DNA of 64,000 bases from positions 352,001-416,000 of the forward strand of contig CAWDLW010000008.1 of assembly GCA_963803145.1 (NCBI GenBank), in the 5' to 3' direction. Source of the stretch: Methanotrichaceae archaeon. Its GTDB lineage: Archaea > Halobacteriota > Methanosarcinia > Methanotrichales > Methanotrichaceae. The notes below the pieces were generated by a model, which was given only the letters and a program-made list of their open reading frames with translations, did not search any database and was not told the origin of the DNA. A program made the position numbers and the translations under genes. Shown piece by piece: positions 1 through 10,029 of this stretch (the stretch's first letter is position 1; each line of letters starts with the position of its first letter).

Positions 1-714
1 ATCTTTGCACTGGCTGCTGCAATGGGCTGTGACTTGTTTGACTCCGCTGCTTATGCACTGTATGCCCGACAGGACCGCTATCTCACCTCCAGAGGCACCT
101 GGAAGCTGGATGATATGAAGTACCTGCCATGCTCATGTGAGGTCTGTCAAACCCATACGCTAAATGAGATGGTACAGAGCCCTGATAAATCAAAGCTTCT
201 TGCAAAGCATAATCTCTATGCCTGTTTCCAGGAGATGAGGCTGGTCAAGCAATGCATACACGAAGGGTCTCTATGGGATCTTCTCGAAGAAAGATGCAGA
301 TCTCATCCACGTATGCTTGATGGCCTGAGGGCGCTAAGTAGAAAGGCTGATTGGCTCGAAAGCCTGGATAACTCATCCAAGTCGACCTTCTTTTATCTTG
401 GGCCCGACTCCGCCTTACGGCCTGAGGTTATCAGATATTCCTCTAGGATAGACAGGCTGTCCTTCCAGGGAGATGTTCTCATTACAGATGATCTCAATGC
501 AGACAAGACCGGCTTTGATTATGTGCTCCATTTCAAGCCGCCGTTCGGCCCGTATCCGCCTGAGCTATCTGAAACATATCCACTGAATGCTGAGGTGCCT
601 GAAGAAGCAGACCAGGCTGCAATGGAGAAGGCAATGGAGTGCACAAAACGGCTGATCGAGGCCAACCCGCAGGCCAGGTTCAGATTGCAGATGAAAACGC
701 GAGAAAAAACATAA
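1..714 (+). CDS. tgtA: Archaeal tRNA-guanine(15) transglycosylase, 5'-truncated by the window edge; ends without a PUA domain (split type)
   Basis: Frame open from base 1 (IFALAAAMGCDLFDSAAY); Zn motif CSCEVC...HNL; KPPFGPYPPELSETYP motif; adjacent to arcS. Confidence 0.9.
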   Translation: MFALAAAMGCDLFDSAAYALYARQDRYLTSRGTWKLDDMKYLPCSCEVCQTHTLNEMVQSPDKSKLLAKHNLYACFQEMRLVKQCIHEGSLWDLLEERCRSHPRMLDGLRALSRKADWLESLDNSSKSTFFYLGPDSALRPEVIRYSSRIDRLSFQGDVLITDDLNADKTGFDYVLHFKPPFGPYPPELSETYPLNAEVPEEADQAAMEKAMECTKRLIEANPQARFRLQMKTREKT

Positions 715-772
715 CTAAATGTGAATGCAGAATAAATAATAAGGTTGAAATATTGAAATTTAACGGAGTTAG

Positions 773-2530
773 ATGACCAGGCACTTTGAAGTACTGAGGC
801 GCGATGGCCCTGCAAGGCTCGGAAGGCTCTTGCTGGAGAGACAGATTAGCACGCCCTCTTTGATTGGCAGCGGTGATTATGTTTTTGCCGGAAGCATCTT
901 CAGTTACAGCTCAATTGAAGAAGCTATGAAGACTGCAGAAGAATTCAAGGGCCAAAAGAAGCTGGCGATAATGCCCTATGTTCCGTCTGCCCTTCATTCC
1001 GAGCCAAGCATACAGCTGCCCAAGATGGAGATTGAGGGACCGAAGGGAGTTGTGATCCACCCATTTTCGAAGGAAAGGCCGGAGGATGCTGATGTCTATA
1101 TCCTTAGCAGTGCAGGCTCGCTGAGAAACCCCAGAGATTTCATAAACGCTATTATCGGCGTGAGAAACAAGATACCTTCAGATACAGCGCTCTATGCTCC
1201 TGCCCTTGCAACACCTGCAAATCTGAGCATGCTGGTCTATCTCGGAATAGATCTTCTGGATACAACCCGAGTAGTTGCAGATGCCTATTTCGGAAGGTAC
1301 CATACACGTGATGGAACTTTTGCATTGAGCGACCTTGGAGAGCTTCCTTGCACTTGCGAGCACTGTAAAGCACTTAGTGGCTGTTATCACGATGACGACA
1401 ATTATGATCACGAGCATCTTGCAGGCCATAATGTATTGAAGCTAGAGGAGGAGCTACTAGCTGTAAGACAGGCCGTAAGATCTGAGAATATCAGGGAATA
1501 TATCGAGCGGCAGGTCAGGGTGGCGCCAAACCTAACAGCTATACTCCGCCTGCTGGATCAGGAGCACAATTACATCGAGGCCAGGACTCCCCAGCACAGA
1601 CGAAGCATATTTTACGCAAACACTGCGGAGTCATTGCAAAGGGCAGAGGTCACTCGCTTTGCAGAGCGGGTGCTGGACAGATACAGAGGCCCGAAGAGCG
1701 ATGTTTTGCTGCTTCTTCCATGCTCTGCAAAAAAGCCCTATTCCATATCTAGATCACACAGGTTCTTCGCTGAAGCCATTGGATCCCACAGAAGATACCT
1801 GCATGAGCTTATTCTAACATCTCCTCTGGCCCTTGTTCCACGAGAGCTTGAAGAGGTCTACCCTGCAGCCAATTATGATGTTCCTGTAACAGGCCATTGG
1901 GACCTTGAGGAGAGAGCCTGGCTCTTGCGCTGCCTGGATGCCTACCTTGAGAAGAATAAATATGCTCGCATAGTCGCACATTTGGAAGGAGAGCTGAAGG
2001 AAACAGTTGAAGGTCATGGAATAGATGCTGTCTACACAGGCGGCGGAACAAATGATGCCGCTCTAGCCAGGCTTTCAGAGGCCGTCAGTGAGGCATGCCA
2101 TGGAGCTGTACGCCTGGAAGATCATCGGCTGCAGCGCTACAGAGCGACTGCGGATTACTACTTCGGTAGCGGCGTTGGTAATGCCCTGCTCACTGGCAAG
2201 GTCAAGATAAGGGGCCGAGAGGTTCAGGATGAGAATGGAAAGGCGCTGGCTGCGATGACGCCAAATGGAATGCTCGCTTTATCAATAGAGGGAGCAAGAA
2301 GACTTGAGCCTCTTGGGAGATACATCGCGACCATAGGCGATTTCGTGCCCAAAGGATCATTGCTTGCGCCCGGAGTATTGGATGCAGATCCTCAAATCCG
2401 GCCGGGGGATGAAGTAATAATTGTAGGGGAGAAGGCGTTCGGCGTTGGCCGTGCCAAGATGTCAGGGTGGGAGATGATCGAGTCCAGAAGGGGGATGGCA
2501 GCGGAGCTGAGGCAGATGCAAAAGAGTTAG
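773..2530 (+). CDS. arcS: Archaeosine synthase ArcS (TGT paralog with DUF5591 and PUA domains)
   Basis: RDGPARLG start, CTCEHC, LLPCSAKKPYSISRSH motif, C-terminal PUA (PGVLDADPQIRPGDEV). Confidence 0.9.
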   Translation: MTRHFEVLRRDGPARLGRLLLERQISTPSLIGSGDYVFAGSIFSYSSIEEAMKTAEEFKGQKKLAIMPYVPSALHSEPSIQLPKMEIEGPKGVVIHPFSKERPEDADVYILSSAGSLRNPRDFINAIIGVRNKIPSDTALYAPALATPANLSMLVYLGIDLLDTTRVVADAYFGRYHTRDGTFALSDLGELPCTCEHCKALSGCYHDDDNYDHEHLAGHNVLKLEEELLAVRQAVRSENIREYIERQVRVAPNLTAILRLLDQEHNYIEARTPQHRRSIFYANTAESLQRAEVTRFAERVLDRYRGPKSDVLLLLPCSAKKPYSISRSHRFFAEAIGSHRRYLHELILTSPLALVPRELEEVYPAANYDVPVTGHWDLEERAWLLRCLDAYLEKNKYARIVAHLEGELKETVEGHGIDAVYTGGGTNDAALARLSEAVSEACHGAVRLEDHRLQRYRATADYYFGSGVGNALLTGKVKIRGREVQDENGKALAAMTPNGMLALSIEGARRLEPLGRYIATIGDFVPKGSLLAPGVLDADPQIRPGDEVIIVGEKAFGVGRAKMSGWEMIESRRGMAAELRQMQKS

Positions 2531-3049
2531 CTGTGCCTCTCAATTTAAAGTTTCTTTATCTCTATACACTATAAAGTGCCCTTTTATTATTCCATTGCCA
2601 AGGCATCGCTGTAGTATGCTGTCTCTCTATCAGAATCCAAAAGGCCAGCCCGATCCTTCGCCAGCGTATGATCTTATGACGTATGTTTACATAACAGTAA
2701 TAACAATCACTATTACACGACGGCGGTTAGAGATTATACACAGACAAATGATCGGACTTACCTTCTAGCATCTACGATCTATGCTTTCAGATACATTAGA
2801 AGCTTGAACATAAAACTAACATTCATTCTGGCATTCCACACATTTCACTCGTGCTATCGTTCATTTCGTCGAGGATCTGACGAATTGGAGCCTAATCGAT
2901 AAAATCAAATACCTGTGATAGCTCGAATTTCCCTTGCTTCTTGCGAAGCTCCCGCAGTGTCATTATGCAGAAAAAGAAGCCATAACGATGAATGGCATTT
3001 CTTATTATGAAGATCCCGCTTTGATAAAAAAGGAGATGGGATTGGCTAT

Positions 3050-3802
3050 CTACACGCAAGGCAGCCAATCGACGCTGATTGCGCCACATGTGGAGTTGCC
3101 CCAGAGCTGGATGAACTTCTCGATTGAGAAGACACCGGTCAGATCCTCAACGGACCTGCCATACTCTGCATGGCGTCCCTTGAGCGCAGTCGGGCTGTTT
3201 GCGAGTGGGTCCCTGGATAGCCATCCGATATGGGCAACGCCTATGACGTTGCTGTTCAGATTAGCCTCGAGAACGCCTGTACAGCAGGCTGGGCACTGCG
3301 CGCCAGTTCCGAGCGAATTAATGCCATATCCTCTGGTCTTGACCTCAGTTGTCTTCTGCAGGTGCTCTGCATGAGTGTACATCTCTGTCAGCACGGCGCC
3401 GATCCTGTAGTTCTGGACGCACAACTTCTCTATCCACTTCTGGTTGTACTCGCCGGTCTGGTATGAGACTGGCATGTACTCGAACTCAGCATCCTTGGTG
3501 AAGTTAATGTAGTCCATTGGACAGCCTGTGTTAGCATAAGCGCAGCCATAGGGTAACGGGTAGCCATTACCATCCAGCTGTCTCTCAGCCTCGAGCTCGG
3601 TGTTCTCTGTGATGACGTTACCAGAACCTGACTCCTTCTCTACCAGCTTCTGGCCACCGAATCCATACTGTGTAGAAATGATTGTCTCTACGTTTTTGTA
3701 TCCTACACCTTTTACACTTGCCTTTTCGTACATGTAGTTGGCTGCTCCAGCCATACCTACTAAAGTAATTGCCAGTACTGCTAAAACAATTAATCTCTTC
3801 GT
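3050..3802 (-). CDS. Secreted, Cys-containing beta-rich protein; candidate sheath/envelope structural protein
   Basis: Frame extends 16 codons upstream of ATG 3754 to an ACG at 3802 behind AGGAGGGG, giving a signal peptide (M)KRLIVLAVLAITLVGMAGAA; mature part aligns with two segments of the 34427-38326 protein. Confidence 0.75.
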   Translation of the reverse strand, partial: TKRLIVLAVLAITLVGMAGAANYMYEKASVKGVGYKNVETIISTQYGFGGQKLVEKESGSGNVITENTELEAERQLDGNGYPLPYGCAYANTGCPMDYINFTKDAEFEYMPVSYQTGEYNQKWIEKLCVQNYRIGAVLTEMYTHAEHLQKTTEVKTRGYGINSLGTGAQCPACCTGVLEANLNSNVIGVAHIGWLSRDPLANSPTALKGRHAEYGRSVEDLTGVFSIEKFIQLWGNSTCGAISVDWLPCV

Positions 3803-4208
3803 TTTATCCCCTCCTGGGATACCGTTTGAATAGCATTGGGATATACGTTATTGTATTTAAAGAGGTGGTACGGCTAAGATAGTTAATCGCTTTGCTGTTT
3901 AATCCCCTTCTAGGACGATATTTGGATACACTGTTAACATATTGAAAACAAAATTCGTAAACCGGATTTAAAATTAGAAGGCTAGTGTGAAAAATCGTGT
4001 ACCTTAAGTTATATCTCTTACAGCATTATACTTAAATTTGTATAGAACTAGTCAAAATATTACCTTTATAAATAGGCATGAATTGAAGCATAGAAGCGTT
4101 AATTCTAGCTAAAGTTAAACATGCGCATATGAAGTTGGATTGGTCCTTACGCTCCAATTCCAGCCTTCGCATAAGCTTCCTAGGCCTCATCAGCTCTAAG
4201 ATCTCGCC

Positions 4209-5423
4209 TTACCTCAATTCTATATGGTATCCAAGACTGTTCAAAGCAGCAGCTATCTCTTTTATGTGATCAAAGCCCCGTGTCTCAATCTCAAGATCCA
4301 CACGAGTAAAGTTGATCGATAGGTCTCTCTCGTTTCGAGAATGATGAATATGAACAACGTTTGCATGAAGCTCCGCCACCACATCTAGGAGATGGCCAAG
4401 TGAGCCCGGCACATCCTCCAAAGCAACTGAGAACTGCATAAGCCTGCCATGATGGAGAAGTCCCTGATGGATTACCCTATCCAGAAGCAAGCTGTCAATA
4501 TTGCCGCCGCTGATAACTAGGACGACTTTGCTGCCCTTAGGAATTTGCAGCGAGGAGCTTAGAAGCGCGGCCAGGGGTACTGCACCAGCACCTTCTGCCA
4601 GGATCTTCTTACGCTCGAGAAGCAGCAGTATCGCGGCATCTATCTGATCTTCAGTTACTAAAACAATCTTATCCACCAGATCCCGAAGCAGAGGGAAGTC
4701 AGAGACGCCAACCTGTGGAACCATGATGGCATCAGCGATGGAGCCTTTTTCCTCAACGTCCTCCACAAGTATGGGCCGTTCTGCCTTTAACGCCACATAA
4801 GCAGAAGGGCAAGCCGATGCCTGTACTCCAACAATGCTTGTCTCAGAGCGCAGTGCCTTCACAGCTGTGGCAATCCCGCCGATGAGTCCGCCGCCGCCCA
4901 CAGGCACTATGATGACATCCGCATCCACCAGATCTTCCATGATCTCTAGACCAATGGTCCCCTGGCCGACTATGATATCGGGATCATCGTAAGGATGAAT
5001 GAACAACTTTCCGGATTGCTTCGCCAACATTCTCGCAAACTCAACTGCCTCTGTTAGACTCTCGCCTTTCAGTATCAGCTCTGCGCCATATCCCTTCGTT
5101 GCCTCTTGCTTGCTTATGGATGCCCATACAGGCATGACGATTGTTGCTGGCACGCCTGCAGCCTGCGATGCCAGAGCTACGCCCTGGGCATGGTTGCCTA
5201 AGGATGCTGCCACAACGCCCTTGAGAGCTTCGTTAAGATGCGATTGGACTTTATAAGCAGCCCCTCTGACCTTGAACGAGCCACCTCTTTGGAGGTTTTC
5301 GAGCTTGAGGTAAACTTCACATCCGCTCATTTTGCTGAAGGTGGGAGAATAAATGAGAGGTGTGCGCAGGATCATGCCTTGAATGGCTTCCTCCGCCTTC
5401 CGAATATCATTGAGTTGGACCAT
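4209..5423 (-). CDS. ilvA: Threonine ammonia-lyase with C-terminal ACT domain
   Basis: KLENLQRGGSFKVRGA PLP lysine, ASLGNHAQG, PVGGGGL, SGGNID, ACT domain (DVPGSL). Confidence 0.92.
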   Translation of the reverse strand: MVQLNDIRKAEEAIQGMILRTPLIYSPTFSKMSGCEVYLKLENLQRGGSFKVRGAAYKVQSHLNEALKGVVAASLGNHAQGVALASQAAGVPATIVMPVWASISKQEATKGYGAELILKGESLTEAVEFARMLAKQSGKLFIHPYDDPDIIVGQGTIGLEIMEDLVDADVIIVPVGGGGLIGGIATAVKALRSETSIVGVQASACPSAYVALKAERPILVEDVEEKGSIADAIMVPQVGVSDFPLLRDLVDKIVLVTEDQIDAAILLLLERKKILAEGAGAVPLAALLSSSLQIPKGSKVVLVISGGNIDSLLLDRVIHQGLLHHGRLMQFSVALEDVPGSLGHLLDVVAELHANVVHIHHSRNERDLSINFTRVDLEIETRGFDHIKEIAAALNSLGYHIELR

Positions 5424-5456
5424 AAAACCAGGCTACATATCTAATATCTTGGTCAT

Positions 5457-7385
5457 TTATTTAGGTAAATCTGATTTTATACTCGACCCTCCAGGCGGAA
5501 GGAACTGGACGATCTGATCCACAGAAGCAATTGCCTTCAGGTATGCCCTGTCTTCAATCTTCTCTGAGAAGATCCTATAGATCCTCTTGGCCAGATCGTC
5601 GGCATTGAATTCCCCTGGCGCTATCTCAATAACGGGATTAGCCAACGGCCGCACAGCAGAGACCGGACCGCCTTTGAGTATGCCATCTGCAATTCCAATG
5701 GCGATATCCAAAGGTACATCCTTGAAATACCTGCGCTCACCACGGATCACAAAGGCTCCCTTCTTCAAGAACTCGCCGTGCTCAGGTGTCTTTGTAACCT
5801 GATCGCCTTTAACGAGGTAGCAGTCACCCGAACCTAAGCCAGCTTTCCAGATTGATGAGTAGCTAACTGCAAACTGTGCCGCCTCTTGAATCGTCGTCTC
5901 TGGAACCTCTTCACCTTCAGTCTTTATAACAGTAAGAGGCGCTCCAGGCGCGTCCGTATGAAGGGCAAGATCCCGTTTCTCTAAGTACTTTGTATAGACC
6001 TCTTCATTCGTATCAGTATCTCTTCCACCGATTATGAGGAAGCCGTCTGAGGAGTAAAACCACCGAAACCGCTCATACCATTTGGGCTTTCGCCTTTTAA
6101 TGACTTGCCTTGTCTTCCTGGGCTCGGCCTTGCTTGCCTTAAGCTGCTGAGTAGCCTCCAGTGCAAGCCGTGCACCCTGCGCCTTTCGGGACATCTCTTT
6201 AGCTTTATCGTAATATCTCTGAGCGTTCTGTGGAACAGGATGATTTGCGTCCAGCTCCAGCTCAATATCGTCAAAAGCCACCTTCATCTCGCCCGAGGGT
6301 TCCAGTGAACGCAATATATTGGCCTGGGGCAGACCAGAGCCGCTGATCTTGTCCCATATCTGCCTATAGGTGTATCCCTTATCCCTGGCAGCCTTTATGA
6401 CCGCCAGAAGCTGCTCTATCTCAACATATCTCTGATAGACAATCTCGCCCTTCTGGATCAGCGCCTTCTCACTCTCATCGAACTCCTCGATGGCCTTGCG
6501 CTGAAGCTCAAGCCTTCTATCGATTGGGCTCTGCTTTGGCACCGCTTCTTTTTCCATCACAAAGAATGCATCCAGTGCCTCACTGAAGTTGGCGAAACGT
6601 TTTCGATCAAGCCCTTCGTAAATCTTGAGCGGTCTCGGAAGGACATCGAAGGGCCTGCCATTCTCTGAAACGATGACTGGCTCGATTGTGCTATCAGAAA
6701 ATACATCCTGCAATGCCTGGCGGATGCTTTCGATCTCCTCTATTGTGAGATCCACAGCAGGCTTATTCTTGGGAGTGCCAGCGCGGAGACATACCTCCTC
6801 ACCATAGGTTCCGCCCATGTTTAGGCCGTGAACAAGAGTCCTGACAAGATCCCGATCCGACCTGGCAAGCATTTCAGCCAGCTCCTTTAGTGAGACGGTC
6901 CTCGGATCCTTCTGGCCTGGATGGTAGATATACTCCTCTCCGGCGGCCATTTTTACTCCCCGGAAGACCATCTTCAGAAGCATTGACAGTATTTTCCTGG
7001 AAGGGTCCAGAAGCACCATGCTGCCCTTTGGAAATAGCTCGACAATGAGGTATTCGACTGCGCCCCCGTGCTCTACGGCGAACTCCATTACCCTGTCGAA
7101 ATCATGCTGCTTTATGTCTACGATTCTGCCTCCAGACAGATGACCGCGCAGCATTGTGGGGAACTGAGGCGGTGTTTTTGTTGTAGGCCGCTCATTATGA
7201 GTAATATGAACTCTCTTTCCAGCTTCAAGTAGAAGGTCGAGCCGTCCCTCTGAGGGTGATTGGATGGTGAGCCAAATGGTATCTGAAGACTGCTGGTAGG
7301 CCTTTCCAACTGAGCCACCCAGGATTCTATCTTTGAGCTCATCGACCATGGCAGCGACATCGACATTGCTCATCGCCTTCTTCAT
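5457..7385 (-). CDS. rqcH: Ribosome quality-control protein RqcH/NEMF (FbpA/NFACT family)
   Basis: MKKAMSNVDV start, QHDFDRV, QNAQRYY, KWYERFRWF, GGRD..TNE, QVTKTPEHGEFLKKGAFVIRG. Confidence 0.9.
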   Translation of the reverse strand: MKKAMSNVDVAAMVDELKDRILGGSVGKAYQQSSDTIWLTIQSPSEGRLDLLLEAGKRVHITHNERPTTKTPPQFPTMLRGHLSGGRIVDIKQHDFDRVMEFAVEHGGAVEYLIVELFPKGSMVLLDPSRKILSMLLKMVFRGVKMAAGEEYIYHPGQKDPRTVSLKELAEMLARSDRDLVRTLVHGLNMGGTYGEEVCLRAGTPKNKPAVDLTIEEIESIRQALQDVFSDSTIEPVIVSENGRPFDVLPRPLKIYEGLDRKRFANFSEALDAFFVMEKEAVPKQSPIDRRLELQRKAIEEFDESEKALIQKGEIVYQRYVEIEQLLAVIKAARDKGYTYRQIWDKISGSGLPQANILRSLEPSGEMKVAFDDIELELDANHPVPQNAQRYYDKAKEMSRKAQGARLALEATQQLKASKAEPRKTRQVIKRRKPKWYERFRWFYSSDGFLIIGGRDTDTNEEVYTKYLEKRDLALHTDAPGAPLTVIKTEGEEVPETTIQEAAQFAVSYSSIWKAGLGSGDCYLVKGDQVTKTPEHGEFLKKGAFVIRGERRYFKDVPLDIAIGIADGILKGGPVSAVRPLANPVIEIAPGEFNADDLAKRIYRIFSEKIEDRAYLKAIASVDQIVQFLPPGGSSIKSDLPK

Positions 7386-7417
7386 ATTAGAGTTGCTCGT
7401 TATCAATCGATAAATAG

Positions 7418-7861
7418 TTGCGGATCATAAAAGAAACTGTGGAGCAATTCATTGTTGATCAGATGCTCCTTCGTCTGGGCAGATGGCTAAGGCTGCTTGG
7501 GCAAGATGTAGCGAATCCCGATGATGAGGATGATAAGGAGCTTCTCGAAAGGGCTAAGCAGGAGAATAGAACGCTGATCACCAGGGACAAAAGGCTTGCA
7601 GATTCCTGCAACGGCGCAGGTGTAGGCTGTGTACTTATAAGATCCACTCGGCTTGAAGAGCAGCTTGAAGAGATGGCAAAGCTTGGCGTGCCCCTTGATC
7701 TGAATCCAACGAGATGCACACTCTGCAACAGCGCTCTTCACAAGGTCGAGCCATCCGAGAAGGAGATGTGGATATGCGAGGGCTGCGGAAAGCTCTACTG
7801 GCAGGGCTCTCATTGGAAACGTATTGCCGATACCTTGAAAAATCTTCGCTCAGACAAATAG
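7418..7861 (+). CDS. Mut7-C RNase (PIN) domain protein
   Basis: FIVDQMLLRLGRWLRLLG, RTLITRD, RCTLCN...CEGCGKLYWQGSH. Confidence 0.85.
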   Translation: MRIIKETVEQFIVDQMLLRLGRWLRLLGQDVANPDDEDDKELLERAKQENRTLITRDKRLADSCNGAGVGCVLIRSTRLEEQLEEMAKLGVPLDLNPTRCTLCNSALHKVEPSEKEMWICEGCGKLYWQGSHWKRIADTLKNLRSDK

Positions 7862-7875
7862 CCAGTAAGAATAAA

Positions 7876-8577
7876 TCAATAGGCTTCGGCAGCCTGAGCA
7901 ACCCGTGAGAATTTAATTCTGCGATTTACTTTTCGCTCCCTCATTTTTATATAATCTGCCATCTGGGTCACCGGCCCTATAGACCAGAAAAGAGAGTCAT
8001 TGAGGCAAAACTGAGGCTGATATTGATATTGTGCGCCTGGAATAGTGAAAGGATCTGCAGGCATCAAGTTCGTTGGAACGGAATCAAGCGTTGATTCAAG
8101 CAGGCACCATATCCCTTTCTCATTCTGGTATACCACCCAGGCATGACCTGATACGCCCTCTGCCGATGTAACCTTGCCCAACACGACGCGAACACAATGA
8201 TCGCTTATTCCGCTAGCCAACAATAATGTAGCTAACAGGAATGAGGAGTCCTCACAATCGCCCTTTCGCAGCATCAGCGTCTCTTCAGGAAACTGCCAGA
8301 AATCATCCATGCCCTCAGCATCCTTATCGGTTACATAAGTGATCGATTCGGCAACGTATTTCCATACCTTCCAGGCCCGAAGATCGAATGCGCCTGGGAC
8401 ACGTGCTTCAGGCAGGCCTATCTCTTGAATGCTTCTACTTATCACCTCACTGTCAGGAGGTGAGAACCATTCTCTGATATCCGTAGGAATGTAAATGCTC
8501 GGATAGCCTAGAACAGCTCGCTTATCCCACGTAACAGTATCCCTAACAATTATATCCCCCGCCCAGTTATAACTCAT
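7876..8577 (-). CDS. Transglutaminase-like cysteine peptidase (BTLCP-like)
   Basis: DFWQFPEETL..KGDCEDSS, GHAWV, LLEST triad pattern. Confidence 0.8.
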   Translation of the reverse strand: MSYNWAGDIIVRDTVTWDKRAVLGYPSIYIPTDIREWFSPPDSEVISRSIQEIGLPEARVPGAFDLRAWKVWKYVAESITYVTDKDAEGMDDFWQFPEETLMLRKGDCEDSSFLLATLLLASGISDHCVRVVLGKVTSAEGVSGHAWVVYQNEKGIWCLLESTLDSVPTNLMPADPFTIPGAQYQYQPQFCLNDSLFWSIGPVTQMADYIKMRERKVNRRIKFSRVAQAAEAY

Positions 8578-8627
8578 GACTAAGCCTCCCTTACTGAATT
8601 AATAACTTTTATTTGTAATATTTAAAT

Positions 8628-9035
8628 TTATCGATTTATTGGCTTGAAAACATAGAACCTGGCATCACCTATGTTTATAAGAGATCTCGTGAAGCCTGGC
8701 AGATCTGCCACCTCGTCACCTAAAGGCCTTATCAGCACGTCTGCACCAATCTTAAGGGCAAGCATGCCCATTGCAAGCTGCACCTCCAGGGGAGGACGGA
8801 TTGAATAGAGCAGGCTGGCACCCGTATATATTTCCATTCTGGGACGAAAGATATCATCTCTCTCAATTCGTATGCCATCTATGCAGTAGCTGTTAGTATC
8901 CGTGGCAATAATATCCAGGGGCTTCAGACGCGATGCCACATCATCAACGAAGCCAGCTCCCACCTCTACAACTTTTCCCGAATAGTTTTTCAAAATGAAC
9001 TCTGCAATCTCCGGAGCACCTCTTAAGTATGTCAT
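8628..9035 (-). CDS. UPF0146 family protein
   Basis: KVVEVGAG, DDIFRP..IY.GA.LLYSIRPPLE. Confidence 0.85.
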   Translation of the reverse strand: MTYLRGAPEIAEFILKNYSGKVVEVGAGFVDDVASRLKPLDIIATDTNSYCIDGIRIERDDIFRPRMEIYTGASLLYSIRPPLEVQLAMGMLALKIGADVLIRPLGDEVADLPGFTRSLINIGDARFYVFKPINR

Positions 9036-9304
9036 AGACCAGGCCTCACTATCATGAGGTTTATAAAGGCAATGCCTTCAATGGCTATATCAGCACCCGT
9101 ATTCATCAGCAGGCGATCCTTGTAGCTTTCAGTTATAGATTTATAACAGTACATTCTGTGATAAATCTGCCGCTTTGGAAACACTTATTAACTATAATTA
9201 ATATCTAAAATATTAACCTCAGCGGAAGCTCGCCGAGGGGAAAGATAGATCAATTGATGAAGAAAAGTAAATGGCTATAGGAACTAGCCGATGTGGTGGT
9301 AAAA

Positions 9305-9400
9305 ATGAGTGATTTTGCATTTGTACTGGCTGCGCTCACCTTATCCATGGCCCTGGGAATAGCCACAGTCTACAGCATCCGCATCTACCTGGAGATCTGA
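9305..9400 (+). CDS. Putative 31-aa single-TM microprotein (not in ORF track)
   Basis: GGTGGT-AAAA-ATG; MSDFAFVLAALTLSMALGIATVYSIRIYLEI*; AT-rich TATA-like stretch at ~9185-9210. Confidence 0.45.
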   Translation: MSDFAFVLAALTLSMALGIATVYSIRIYLEI

Positions 9401-9452
9401 GCGCAATATAGCAATGACCCCCATATATACATTATAAGTCAGAGAAGCAAGA

Positions 9453-9974
9453 TCATATGAGCTTGAGAGCGCCTTCGCTTTCGATTAGAGCACCGGATCT
9501 GCGCAGCCTCATCAGAATCTCCTCGAAGCTATCTTTTGTTATGCCAATTTCCGCTGCCCTAGCCCAAACCGCCTCTTTTGATGCTGGCTTCCGTGTCTCC
9601 ACGGAGACCTGCTTGATTGCATCCATAATGGAAAGCATCTGCTCCCTTGTGGGCTCGCTCATGCCGAGTCTTACCTGGCCGGGGGTTGGACACACAAGCC
9701 TCCGCTCTTCCGCTAGTTCAGCTCTGACCTGATCTGCACCGACAACGCGCCTAATTTGGTCACCGAAAAGAGTATCAAAAAGCTTACTTAGCCTGTCGAT
9801 CTCCATCGCCATCTCTGGGAGCCTTGCTTGTAGTGTTGCCGGATCCTTCTCGATGCCGTGTAAACTTTCGCTCAGGTAGCTTATCCTATCGAACAGCTTG
9901 ACCAGATCGCGCCTTGAGACGCTCAAACTTACATTACCGTTTATGCTCGTCTCGCATTTGCTCTGCACTTCCAT
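9453..9974 (-). CDS. Hypothetical protein with helical N-terminus and MCM-like C-terminal winged helix
   Basis: GMSEPTREQMLSIMDAIKQV...KEAVWARAAEIGITKDSFEEILMRLRRSGALIE resembles the archaeal MCM C-terminal domain. Confidence 0.6.
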   Translation of the reverse strand: MEVQSKCETSINGNVSLSVSRRDLVKLFDRISYLSESLHGIEKDPATLQARLPEMAMEIDRLSKLFDTLFGDQIRRVVGADQVRAELAEERRLVCPTPGQVRLGMSEPTREQMLSIMDAIKQVSVETRKPASKEAVWARAAEIGITKDSFEEILMRLRRSGALIESEGALKLI

Positions 9975-10029
9975 GACAACACCCTTGGATATTTTAATAT
10001 GCTCAGGTTGATCTAACTTTCGGCAGCAT

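Noticed and set aside
1-714. tgtA truncated (no PUA domain) as a pseudogene
   Set aside because: Split archaeal TGT is known in Methanosarcina-related lineages; the missing 5' part is just the window edge.
2934-3466. Plus-strand ORFs overlapping 3050-3802
   Set aside because: Antisense shadows of a gene with RBS, signal peptide and internal homologs.
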